A stretch of DNA of 63,999 nt, counting the filler, from Porpidia crustulata (lineage: Eukaryota), in the NCBI GenBank assembly GCA_964255105.1. It is 15 parts of 15 records of this genome, joined end to end, with 100 filler letters (N's around TTAATTAATTAA, not from the genome) between each part and the next. Parts side by side here need not be neighbours in the genome. Positions count along the whole stretch, not along the records: positions 51,526 to 55,692 come from CAXUWE010002139.1; positions 55,793 to 59,951 come from CAXUWE010002140.1; positions 60,052 to 63,999 come from CAXUWE010002192.1; 12 more parts are not named here. The stretch is one strand, 5' to 3'. Positions 52,261 to 63,996 of this stretch are shown piece by piece; position 1 is the stretch's first letter, and every line of letters begins with the position of its first letter. A program made the position numbers and the translations under genes. Below the pieces are notes generated by a model that searched no databases, had not been told where the DNA came from, and worked only from the letters and a program-made list of their open reading frames with translations.

Positions 52261-53956
52261 GACTGATGAAGATGCGTGGAAGTTTCTGATTGATGGAGTG
52301 GCAAGTCGAGAGATGTGTGAGAGGGAAGAAGAAGTTCTGGGGATGGATTTTGCAATCGAAATGAGGGGCACTGCGGTCACGTGTCAGTAGTGGGGTAGTG
52401 GGGAATGAATTATCTGACAGGGCGGGTTGGATGACGCAGATGACTAATGCGAAGAGCAGGGAAACTTGCTGTTGTGTCAACCGGAAGAATTCTTGATGGT
52501 GAAAGCTGGAAGTAACGTCAACTGCATTAGTGAGTGTTGATACGGGAGTCGCAGTGAAATATATGGTATATAGTAGATGGGTCTCCTTACCTCTAAGTAC
52601 TCAATATACAGAAATGAATAAGATGTGTTTGAAGAGGAAAGTCACCGAGATGTTCTATGTGTACGGTTATATCAATAACAGTAACGCTTGATTTCTTTCA
52701 GGGGCAAATTACTTAGTTACAGGGATGACGTTTACCCGGCACGCCCGGTTCGCCTAGTGTAATAATACGGCAGACCGCAGGCGCCCTCCATCAACGCAAC
52801 AAGAATGCAAACATCGACACTCCTAATCCCACACGCCGACATACATCAACATACGGTAACGCTGTATTGCTGGGAGATATGACTTTGTAGCACACAGAGA
52901 GCTTCTTCCTTCCTTCGCATCATACAAGGCGGAGATCTTCCAGGTGCCAGCACACACGAGACGACGGCCATGGAGTTCGAGGGCTGCAGCGCCATCATTC
53001 AGATGATATCGAGGATTGACTGCAAGCCAAGAAGCCTAGTTGTTAAGCCTGAACTGCCCGGGTTGAATTCAACGAGCGCTGGTGCAGCCTAATAGAACGG
53101 ATGATGTCCCTGCTGTCCTTTTGTGAGTCCGCCAACGCATTGTGCTCTGTCCAGGAATCCGAAGAAAGCCGTCTCATTACCCCCTTCCCGGATATTGAAG
53201 CGCAGCTCGTTGCAGTATGAGAGTCGGGTTGGAAACGTGAATCCCAGAAACAATCGTTATGTGTTCCCGTGTTTTACCGTCATTACTAAAACTGTGTCCA
53301 AGCGGAGCGATCTCAGACGTTGAATAGTTGTCTTTCATCCATTCTTGGAGAAACCTAGCAGCCTATTGGTGCACACTTAATGTTGAACTGATCAAATCCT
53401 GCGAGTTCTTTCCAAAGCGCACAAAGAATGCGCACAAAGGCCACGTTTGGAATCTTCCTGATGTCGCTGGCTGAGACCGTCGCAGTTAAAGGACAAGGAG
53501 ACCAGAGCTCGTCATTAAGATAAAAAGAGCACTCCATGCCTACATTCCCAATCCTCAACCATCACATTTACTGATCATTGAACAATACACTTTGTTAGAC
53601 AGAATCATCAACTCAAAGGAAAGCAATTATTTGACGAAACCTCATCACTCATCTCATTGCCGCACTCGCTCAAACGGCATCCGAATCTCCTTGATCATTG
53701 CCTCGCCTTTTCTCCAATGCCAAATTGCTATTGTAGGTACTCTAATATGACCGCGAAGCTAGAAGACAGTGGCACATGGAGGAGATGTGAGAGATGTGCC
53801 CGTCTCCCACCTGTTACCGTGACATTGGACGATCAGACCAGCAAAACTCTTAAGAAGAAAGCAATGACTACCCCCGTAAAGAAACCAACCCAGACGAACC
53901 GTAACATCCAGAAGTAGAAGGGATGAAGGAATCATCAAGGGCAGCCGAACAAGCGA

Positions 53957-55167
53957 TTAGGCCGTATCTGACACCCACTTTAGACGTCCAGTCGACTTGG
54001 CCTCACGGTATCTTTGCTCTTCTTGCCTATGCCGACCTTCATTGTATTTCGCGAACCATGCCCCGTGCGTCCTGCCGCATTCCCACCCGTACTCTTGCAT
54101 CGCCACGTTTAATTTGGAAACGTAGTTCCAGGCCAGGTTTATATTAGTGTCCATTTGCTCGTCGGACAGGCTTAGCGCGTAATTGCCGTGAGGCAAAACA
54201 GGATACAGCGTGAGCCACCAGTGAGGCACAAAGCCAGCCAGCTCCCAGTCAATGATGCCGGCTACACTCACATCCCTTTTGCCCTCGCCATCACGCTCGC
54301 CGACCGAAAGAATCACGTTTCCAGGACCCATGTCGCCGTGAAATAGATGGAACTCGGTACCAACATCCAGAATCTCCTCGCCGCCGGAAACACGAGACAT
54401 GTGTTCTCGAAGCTGCTCAGGCGTCAATGGACCGGATGTGCCTTGCTTGTCGGCATCCCATTTCTTAGCACATACGTCTCTGGCGTTGAAATAGATAGGT
54501 CCATAGTCATCGCCAGCGACGCCTTGGAACACCTTCGACGTTATGGTTCGCGCGACCGTAGTTTGATATCCGGCCAGCTCGTCTGTAACCCATTGCTTTT
54601 CCTCCTCCTCAAGACCCCACCAGGCATCATCGAGTAGCACGCCATGGACCCGAGGCATGATCAAAAAATATCGGTTCCACTTCCGATCGATCCAGAAATG
54701 AAGGCACTCCGGCACCGGCACGTCGGGGGTGCGACTGCGGACCAGATTCATAGCGTCGCCTTCAACACTATACCACCCCGGCGGCGAATACTTGACTTTG
54801 ACCAATATATTTTTCCCGACCTCGAAGAGTGCCGACGACCAATGACGTACGCTGATGGCTGTCTCGCCAGAACCACATCCGCTTTGCTCCAGCGGGGGAT
54901 CCCGCGGTCGAAGGCAGTAGTCGACGCCGTCAGCGTCCACCCAGGCCGCGATTGCATCCTCGGGCATCTTGCCATCCGTCAAGCTCTCGCAGCGCATCGA
55001 GCTTCCAATCGCCCAAGACCCTTTTCCCGTTTGCCAGACGGAGCGCTCGATCGCCGGCTCGAAAATTGGCTTGACCGCATAGGCCTTGCTGTTCGCTTGT
55101 TAGCACACGCACGGGATTCATCATAGCTGCAGGGAACTCACTATTCTTCATCGTTCAGGTATGCCAT
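53957..55167 (-). CDS. Aminoglycoside phosphotransferase (APH)/choline kinase-like protein; intron about 55089-55141
   Basis: Spliced start MAYLNDEEYKAYAVKP, then EGDAMNLV..VPVP, HGDMGPGNV and GIIDWELAGF. Confidence 0.85.
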
Positions 55168-55886
55168 CGTTCCTGAGCTAAATGGTGCTGAGGGTGTCGA
55201 ACGAGGTGCAGGACTTGAGAGTGCGACTCAATTACAGATGCTTACGATACCGCTCGTCTACTTACTTATATATGTTGTCTTGTAGAGTAGCAAACAAAGG
55301 GTCTCGTTTTCATTCATTCTGCGCCGCTGCAAACGTTCAAGCTTTGTGCTCTCCAGAAGAAAGAGAACACTCCTCCGAGATGCCATACTCGACAAAGTCC
55401 TTCAAAATCGAACTCTCTCCCCTTCTCTCTCACTCAACAAATTTTTATTCTCTTTATGTATTAATCCGAACATTAACATTGTCAATCTCATCCATCTTCG
55501 CAAATTCACACTCGCGACCCCATCTCTCCTTCTCTTTTTCATTCAGAACAAAGAGAAGAATTCTCCGTGCTGCCACGTACTCGATAGAGTCCTCGCAACT
55601 CATTCTCCCCCCCCTTACTCCCGATAATCTCTCATTCTCTTTCCACATGAATCCCAGACATTGGTATTCTTACCAGTCCCAGCTACCTCCTTNNNNNNNN
55701 NNNNNNNNNNNNNNNNNNNNNNNNNNNNNNNNNNNNTTAATTAATTAANNNNNNNNNNNNNNNNNNNNNNNNNNNNNNNNNNNNNNNNNNNNACATAATA
55801 TTTATCATATCCGAATTGTTTGCATAGTATTCTTTCTTGCACCTTTGCTACGGCCCATCGCTGTCTCCCGCCCGGCCCACCGGCCC

Positions 55887-57464
55887 CTACTTGCTCGTGA
55901 ACGCGCAAGTCCCCATGTCCATTTTCTTCGCGGGCCCGGAGGGTGAGATGTCGAAGTCGAAGATATCCATAGGTAGACCGAGGGTTGTGCAGGCGTTGGG
56001 GATCTGATGGATCGTTAATTAGTTGAACTATTCGTGTGCAGATTTCCTCTTTCAATATGGACGAATCGGGAAGGAGAAATTGGAGAGGAAATTAGAGAAC
56101 TCACATCCACCAACCCAGCAATATGTCCCTGAATCGGCGCGCAGCTCAGCAGCAAATACGTCTGGTAGTCATTATACCCAAAACGCCGCAGATACTCAAT
56201 ACAGCGCAGCGTCGTCTGACGATACGCCACCGTAGCATCAAGATAGTGCTGTTTGCCATTCTCATCGACGCTGAAGCCCTCGAACGTCAGATAGCGCCCC
56301 GGCCCGTAATGAGGCTCGACGGGCCCGGGCAAAAACAGCGGGGACTTCATGCCGAGGTCGGCCATGCCGTTCTTCATCACCGACAGCTTGACGGTGATGA
56401 CACCGGCCATTTCGATGGCGCCGCAAAAGGAGATTTCGCCGTCGCCCTGGGAGAAGTGCAGGTCGCCGACGCTGAACTTGGCCCCCTTGACGTGCACAGG
56501 CAGGTAGACCTTGCTGCCGCGGCTAAGGTTCTTGATGTCGCAGTTGCCGCCGTGCTCGGGGCGTCCCGGGATGGTGCGCGCGCCTTCGCGGCCGACTTTG
56601 GCTTTGACGTCGCCGGTGCCGCTGCCGGCGTGCACGTTCTGCGGCTCGGGGGGTTGGGCGACGATTTTGTGGAAGTTTTGGGCTTTGTAGGTATCGATCA
56701 GCTCGCCTTCGCGGCGGTTCCATCCGGCCAAGACTTCGGCCGAGGGCGCGCAGCCGAGGATTCCGGGGTGGATTAGGCCGGGGAAGCGGACGTGGGGGAT
56801 GTGGCGGGAGGAGGCGAAGATGCCTTCGAAGTCCCAGATGGCTTTGGCGCTAGGAAGAATTATTGATGTCAGCCGGATACTAATAAAGTCTACTCAAGGC
56901 CAAGAGGTCATTGGAACGAGTCCGTCGTGCCATTTGAAAAATACAGATATTTTGGGATTTTGTAGGTGTACACCTACGCATTGGGGTAGATCTCATCCAA
57001 GAATCCACCGCCGTTGCTCTTGTCAAAGACACCGGTGAAACCCCAGGGCTGGTCTTGGAAGGGCTGGACGTCCTGGATCTCGACGATGAGGATATCCCCA
57101 GGCTCTGCAGTCTCGACCTCAAAGGGGCCAGTCAGGTAATGAATCTTGGTCAAATCAACGTGTCGCATGTCATCTGCGCTGTCATTGTTCCCGACTTGTC
57201 CACCGGTCCAATCGACACATTCGATTTTGACAATTTCATTGTTCTTGATTGTGCCACAGAAAGGAACTGTATGACCAGTAAGAATCAGACTGCTAGTGCC
57301 CCTTGTAGAAAGACGTACCATCCGGATGCCACCTGTTCTACATTCTGTCAGTGGGATGTCTTTTGGAGCTGGAATTGTCCTCGACATACGTGAAGTCCTT
57401 CCTGATCGGCAGCTGGCCTCTTTCGGTCGACCTTCATGGCCGTGCGAATTTCTGAGAGACCCAT
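55887..57464 (-). CDS. fmdS: Formamidase (acetamidase/formamidase family), multi-exon
   Basis: LHNRWHPD, ECVDWTGGQ, HYLTGP, NGGGFL, HGGNCDIKNLSRGS, GDLHFSQGDGEISFCGAIEM and DIPNACTTLGLP. Confidence 0.95.
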
Positions 57465-57733
57465 GGCGTGCAGATATACTGGTCAATCAGAAAACGGATG
57501 TGAAGGTTGTCAACGCGGTTGAGATGAGATGGAAGCTTTGCTATGGTATCAAAGAGGAAAAGGAGTCAAGATATTCAAGGTAGACGGTGCGGGGCAACGG
57601 ATAGGAGTCAAGGCCTTGGCCAGGGCCCCGCAGGCCAAAGTGCCGTTAAAATTGTACATTGAAGCCCCCCTAGTTCTTGCCTATGGTACGATGACAGCCG
57701 ATACCTTGTTTTGCTTTATTTGGGGGAGAGGAT

Positions 57734-57749
57734 GATAAGGGTGCTTATC
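57734..57749. promoter_or_regulatory. Inverted pair of GATA sites upstream of fmdS (putative AreA/Nit2 sites)
   Basis: GATAAG (57734-57739) and CTTATC (57744-57749) lie about 270 bp upstream of the formamidase ATG. SYGGRG CreA-type sites occur at 57589, 57791 and 57800. Confidence 0.55.
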
Positions 57750-57989
57750 GGTGACGGTGGTCTGGCTCCGGCGTAACCAAAGAACAAAAGGCGGGGTACG
57801 TGGGGTAAATCGACTTCCCCATTCTGAACATAGTAAAAGAGTCCCAAGACCGCGGCATCGGGTTTTCGTCCAATGTTACGTACCCGGTTGAGCTCATCAT
57901 TCGTTCTCGGGAGAAGTGTTGTATGAGTGGACTATGTACAGTTCCTCCCGTTCCTCCCTTGAAGCGAGCTCGCTGGATATGTGAGGTTA

Positions 57990-59308
57990 TTACGAGAATT
58001 TCTTCCCAGGAATCTCTGAAGTGCGAAGAGGATCTTGCTCCTTTTCACTCGTATGATTATGATGAGCATCAAGGTTCGCCAAGGGAAGCCTCAGGAACTC
58101 GTGCTTGTTCGTCCATCGAACCTGGCTCTCCGCAAACTTCTCGCTCCGAGCCGGAGGTGGTGGGGGATCTGTGATTTTGGTAACGAGAAAGGCAGTCGAA
58201 GCTTCGGCAATACCATAGATGAGCACCCCGAGAAGAGGGATCTTGAGAAATATGTAGAATCCCAGCCCAAATCCAAAGAGAACACCCTCGCGATCACGGA
58301 ACCAAAGGCGCTTCTGGTCCTTCGAAAGCCGTACTCGCGAGAAGTAAGGTTCGAGCTGTCTTTGTTAGCATCGTACAAGTCGTGCATATTCTGCCATTGT
58401 GACTGACCAGTTCCCTCATTAGACTTCGAGACGAAAAGTAGTTTTGTAAAAACATAACGAGATATCTTCGAGGCAGGAAGATACCGCTCCCAAATATGAC
58501 AGCGGCCGGCACCAGGCCTACAGCGTTGTTGAAGGTGTAAAAACTTGCAGCTGGAAGCACGAATCGTCCAACAATCGGCAGATAAGAAAGCATATAAATG
58601 GCCAGGGAAATGCCCGCACGTCGGCCAAAGCGGATCAAGAACTTTATTCCGGCGTCCATTGGACTCATATGCTTACTAGTGTCGCCATGAGTAGAGTACA
58701 TCCGCAGGTTGGGATAGTATAAAGCGCGAAGCGTATTCGGATCCTCGGATTTGTGCTTCTGGATGTACGTTTGGTCTACCCATTCGAGAGAGTCCATAAA
58801 CCTGATAGATTCAGTACAGCATTCAGCCCAATATGTGGACGTCTACTGACATATGATCCAACGTTGGAGTTATGTACCGCATCAAGCTCATCAGGAAGAA
58901 CGGGACCTGCAACACCGAATTTGCGACGAAATCAAGCCCACCGACAACCTTTTCATCCCAGGTGATCGAATCGAAGTCTATAAAATTTGAAAGCGTCCAT
59001 AGCGACGCTTTGGCAGTGACAATCTAAGGGCAAGATCCGTCAGCCTCAACCAAGACCTCGATCTTATCTCCCCTTAAACGACGGACTCACCGGTACAGCT
59101 ATCACGAGTCTGATGACAATACCGGCGCACACCGCAATGGCGGCCTGCCGATAATGCTCATACTTGAATAAGCCTGGGTTTTGGAGTGCTCTGAATGCTG
59201 GTATGGATTTCAGCTTGGGGAGCGGAGCGGCGGAACTTTGGGGCTCAAACCCCCGACCACGGTGAGCTGAGCACCACGTAATATCGCGTTTGGATCGAAG
59301 TTCGACAT
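57990..59308 (-). CDS. usgS: Transmembrane protein UsgS, multi-exon
   Basis: Starts MSNFDPNAILRGAQLTVVGAFRALQNPGLF, then FMDSLEWVDQTY, LSYLPIVGRFVLP, YFSSRSLMREL and YGIAEASTAFLVTKITDPPP. It lies directly upstream of fmdS on the same strand. Confidence 0.82.
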
Positions 59309-60919
59309 TGTGACTCCCCGATGGATGCAGTAGGCAGTGGACAAGGAACGTTCAAATATAAGGCTCTGGAAGCCTACCTGCCTATGTGCCTTTCTACCAA
59401 ACTCGGCGTCCCTGGCTCGCGTAATGCCTCAACCGTGGGATGACGTAGACTACATGCTAAGGCTAGCCAATACCTTGCTCTAGCATAGTACGGTACGTGG
59501 GCACCATATCAGTCAGCCACCTTTCCTGTTGTTCTCCAGTATAATCGATCACCTTGAAGTTTCTTCTCTCAAACAATCTCCTAAGAATCGGTTAGATTTG
59601 AGAAGAGGAGATTAGGGAAGGAGTGTGGGAGCGTTAGTGAGGTGGCTCCACGGAGCTCGAGGCTCGAACGCGAAAGACTTTTCATATATCTACGTCAATA
59701 TTTTGACGCTACCCTTTCATACTATCAATATTCTATCTTGCGGATGAGAAATAGCAAGTGTAGGATGAGCATACCACGCGATCAATGATGTCTGACGAGG
59801 CTCTTTCTTATTTTCCTGCTTAGAAATTTCAATTTTCAAAAATCACAACGTCACCTCCATAATCCCCCAATTCCCTCCCACTAAACCTCCAGATCCATAG
59901 CATCTCCATCTCCTTCTTCAACCCCATCGCAATCCCATCAATCATCAATCCNNNNNNNNNNNNNNNNNNNNNNNNNNNNNNNNNNNNNNNNNNNNTTAAT
60001 TAATTAANNNNNNNNNNNNNNNNNNNNNNNNNNNNNNNNNNNNNNNNNNNNGGGTTTGGGGTGTGCACGGGACCGGAACGTGCACGGGCCCGGGAATACT
60101 CCTACTGAGCGCCTTTAACGCCGAAAGACGCACACACCTCGCAAAGCCTATTTCACTTGGCCTATCATGGAAGAAGGTGTCTGGTGTTAATCTCCACGGT
60201 GTGCTATGCGGCATCAGCCTCCCCTCTAGATTGGAGCAATCCGCGGCTCCGTGAAAAGGAGTGAAGCACAATGATTGGCAAAGTGCACGGAAAAAGGAAA
60301 GAACAAAAAGAATGAAAATGCGAGATTGTGGAAGCTTCGCCCGTTGGGAAGACCTGCGAGATTGGTGTATCAGCTCTTGCAGCAGCATGATGGAGGGATG
60401 GTGGATGGCGGTCCATTTGCCTCAGTCCGCAGACGTGCCGGCTACGTAGCTCAATTGCTAACAAAGTACGCTGCTCCCGTGTCGCCTATTCGCTACGTAG
60501 TCAGCGGCCTGTGGCCGCTGACGCGAAGAGGCTTAGCTATACAGTATATACGTCTGAGAACGGAGCCAACAGTCCGTCGGGTGGCAGTGTTGAGGCTGAC
60601 GCGAATGGAGTTTTCTTGAGCGGGGCGCTAAAATTGCTTAGGGCGCAGTCGTTAAACGAGACACGAGACAGGCAGACAAGCTATGCACTCATGCGCTGAA
60701 AGTGGTTGCTCGTGTCTAGCGTAAACGCCCCGATCATTGCACCGTGTCACCCTGAACGTTACAGAGTATATTGGTCCTACTAAAGCGCAAGCAGGATCGA
60801 TTTTGTATAAGAAGATGTCGACCGCCCAGCGCCATCGAGGCATGGCCTTCAAACATTTCGATATTCCACTTAACTTCGCTTTGAAGCAGACACAACAACA
60901 ACAACCATCTCTGCAGTAA

Positions 60920-62246
60920 ATGGCCACGTTACCAAAGCCTACGAAGCCTTTGAAAATCCTGACCATCGATGGTGGCGGACTTCAGGGCATCTCAACCCTA
61001 CTCATCCTCCACAAATTACTCAATGCAATCGCCCTGAACAACGGATCTCCGGACAGCAAACCTCGGCCCTGCGATGTCTTTGATGTCATTGCGGGCATCG
61101 GCCCAGGTGGGTGGCTGGCCTTGCTGCTCGGCCGCTTCCAAATGGACGTGTCAGCCGCCTTGGCCGAGTGGTACAACCTCATCGACTGCATCACACCCCG
61201 ATCCCAAGGCTGAGGAACTTCGCATGCGCCTGATGCAGCACAGTTATTTTGATAAAGATCGCTTGGTGGAGCAGATTGACCAACTCACCGAATTCTACGA
61301 AACCGACAAGCACATGTTTCTCACGCCCCCAAGTGGCACCCGTTGCAAATATGTATTCGTCTCCGCCCTCAAGACCGACTCAAAGGATACGCACCTCGGG
61401 TACAACCTCTTTCGGACCTACGACTGTCCAGAGGGTTCCAGAGTACTGGACGGGCCGTCAGATCCTCGCAAATACAAGATCTCGCACGCTTTTGGGGTCA
61501 CAGGAGCGGCCAAGTACTTCACACCTTCCTGGAAGGAGACTTCAGCCAAGAATGGCAAGTCGAAGTTTCTGGATATCCAGTTTCCGAGTCCTCACAACAT
61601 CACGGAACTTGCGTTGGACGAAATGTGGGGGATCTATGGCACAGATGTGGAGATTTCCGTCGTAGTTAACATAGGACCTGGAATCCCTAATGCTTCTGAC
61701 TGCAGGAATATTGCGAGAAGGTTCTCCTGGGGTAGCAAAGTAGCAACGACAAGCCTTGCGCTCCCGAAAAGGAGAAAGTTGTCTGGTGATAAGGAGATCA
61801 TCACCGATCCCGAAAGAGTTCCGTCCCATGACTACGAGCAGACAGACGAAATGTCCCATAATCGACCTGAAATCTCTCATCGGGTCAAATTCAATCAAGA
61901 GTTACCACCTCTGGCAGGCGACACGGAGAGGAAGACGCCCGTGACTCGTCACACCACTTTTGGGTCCGTACAAAATGTTGGTATTGAAGAAAAGCTCAGA
62001 AGAGATGAAAACAAGATCGAGGTCGACATCAGAAGGAAACTCCGGAACGTCTACCAAACGAATACTCCGCCGTACTATCGACTGGCTCCCGAAAGATCCG
62101 CCCCAGGGACTGCTCAAAACGACACTTCCTCCCCCAAAGCATCGTTTGATGCTACAACGCAGTATCTTCAAATTCGCCACGTAGAGGTCGACATGAAGGA
62201 AATAAGCCTGCGTATACCTTTAAAAGGTCCTGCGCTAACCGGATAA
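60920..62246 (+). pseudogene. Patatin-like (FabD/lysophospholipase fold) protein, +1 frameshift at 61203-61205, catalytic motifs degenerate
   Basis: LKILTIDGGGLQGISTL and PRPCDVFDVIAG are followed, in the second frame, by LFRTY, TGAAKYF and VVNIGPG. Removing one C joins the two ORFs (TPRSKAEELRMRL). Confidence 0.75.
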
Positions 62247-63870
62247 AATTCTTTGCTAGCGAAATGGACAGGTGCCAAACTAACGACCTTTTAATGCTCC
62301 TATTCTATTGTATGAAATATAATATTCTACTATCTCTGTTTCGAAAGTGATTGACTTGATACCATTAAGGCACCTATGTTACTAGTTCTATACAGACACA
62401 TTATGCCACTCGGCACTCTGTCATGTATTATGTTGGCGGTTTTGGCGCATTGCTTTTTACGATTTCTTCTAGTACTTCTATACTATAATCATATCAAAAG
62501 CCAGAAGATAATTTCCACTTTTCTTAGGTCGGTAATTTCCGAAGTTATGGCCCGCGTCATTTGACGGTAACCAACTGCGGCGCTTTCCAAAAGAGCCCGA
62601 GGAGGGAGCTGATCAGATGCTCAGGCCTTGTGAGGCACTGGAGCTCTGTTGGGTCCTAGCAAACAGGGCGTAGACTCTTAAAAGGCTACTAGACATGCTT
62701 AACGCGTTATACGTATGTCGGGTCTAACGACGAGACAGATTGTTGCCTTAAGAACTTTCGGTTAGTTGTCCTCATCGCACATGGCGAGCAGGCACGCAGG
62801 CAGGTAAGCGGCTCAGGTGCGATGCGCACGATCAGGCAATCTCAATCTAGCTGTTCCCAGACTTGCTTTCGAATATGAAGTTTATTCAGAGCAAAGCGAT
62901 TTTCGCAGCCTTGTTCTCCTTCCAGATTTGCACTGAATTTATTGCGTTGAGTCTGCAGCAAGGGCATCGTTCGCTGTCCTTTAACGCCCGGTGGGGTCCC
63001 CCACCTCCTTCTCCTTCTCCTTCTCCATCTATCCTACACATTTCGGGATCATTGCAGACTCTACGATTGGACTTGTACGTCCTTTGCGCTTCGCGTGGAC
63101 AAAGGAAAGTAGTTGTAGTTTAAATTGGAGAAGGGGCCTTTAATGTTGGATGGATCCAGGTGATTACAATCATATGCAGTTCTAGACTTCTCTCTTTATC
63201 TGTTTATTAGATGGTGCTTACATTTAGGCCTCGTAGTACCCTGTAGATCATCAGGTAGCTCTCTTCACTTCCGCCTGTTCGTACAATTTTTGAGATCGAC
63301 TATGCGGACTCCCCGTGAAGTCTGGTACAATCAGATCGATGCCATCTCTAATGGTATCGGGTTATTTTTGAATAAGGATTGTGGCTTCCACTAAAACTTT
63401 AAGATAACGGAAATATTACAAAGACGCAATCATGTGATCTCGAATATCTCCCAGCTTATCGAGCCTATCAATGCCCCTGACACAATTTATGACATTTGTC
63501 AGGCGTATTCCATCAATTCAATTGGCTGTGAGTATGCACCTTCAAAGACCACTGGCATTGAGAAAAGACGCTAGTTCGCCATTGTATGCTTGTTATTTGT
63601 TATGTCAGGTTTATTGTCCTTATGCAAGCTAGGCTTATGAAAGACACACGACTAGTTACATTAAACACGCTTAATTGTGGGACGATTTTCTCGTAGGCCG
63701 AATTCTCGCTTAGCAAGTTCTCGAGACATAGCATCACTGCCGATACTGAGTTTCACAGTTCCCTCCACCCTTACTAATTCTTAAGGAAAATGTATAAAAC
63801 CCTAAGAACCCCGATATTTCCACAGCAGCTTAGTATAGCTAGCAGAAGCCTCCTTCTTGGCAGCACCGTG

Positions 63871-63996
63871 TGACAGAGGTGGGATTCGAACCCACGAGCT
63901 TCGCGTTTCTCTAGCGGGGGCCGCCCTCCCCTAGCGCCTAGAGTATTAACTAGGCCTTCCAGAATGATGCACTACCAACTGCACCACTCCCCCGTC
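63871..63996 (-). tRNA. Atypical tRNA-like gene or pseudogene with an intron-like insert; identity uncertain
   Basis: A-box TGGTGCAGTTGG, a perfect T-arm GTGGG-TTCGAAT-CCCAC, and acceptor pairing GACGGGG/CTCTGTC plus a discriminator A. The anticodon stem pairs poorly. Confidence 0.6.

Noticed and set aside
55182..55748. 188-aa ORF running into a spacer
   Set aside because: It is low-complexity, CT-rich, promoter-like sequence, and its length is inflated by Ns.
2527..57464. Cyanide hydratase-formamidase gene cluster
   Set aside because: The genes are on different contigs, and their co-occurrence reflects size sorting.
4221..60051. Regularly spaced TTAATTAATTAA motif as a biological repeat or CRISPR-like array
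   Set aside because: It is always embedded in identical N-runs and is an artificial six-frame-stop linker.
13250..62246. Immunity island or Starship-like element made of the HET, ankyrin and patatin genes
   Set aside because: Each gene is on a separate contig, and no tyrosine-recombinase captain or element boundary is visible.
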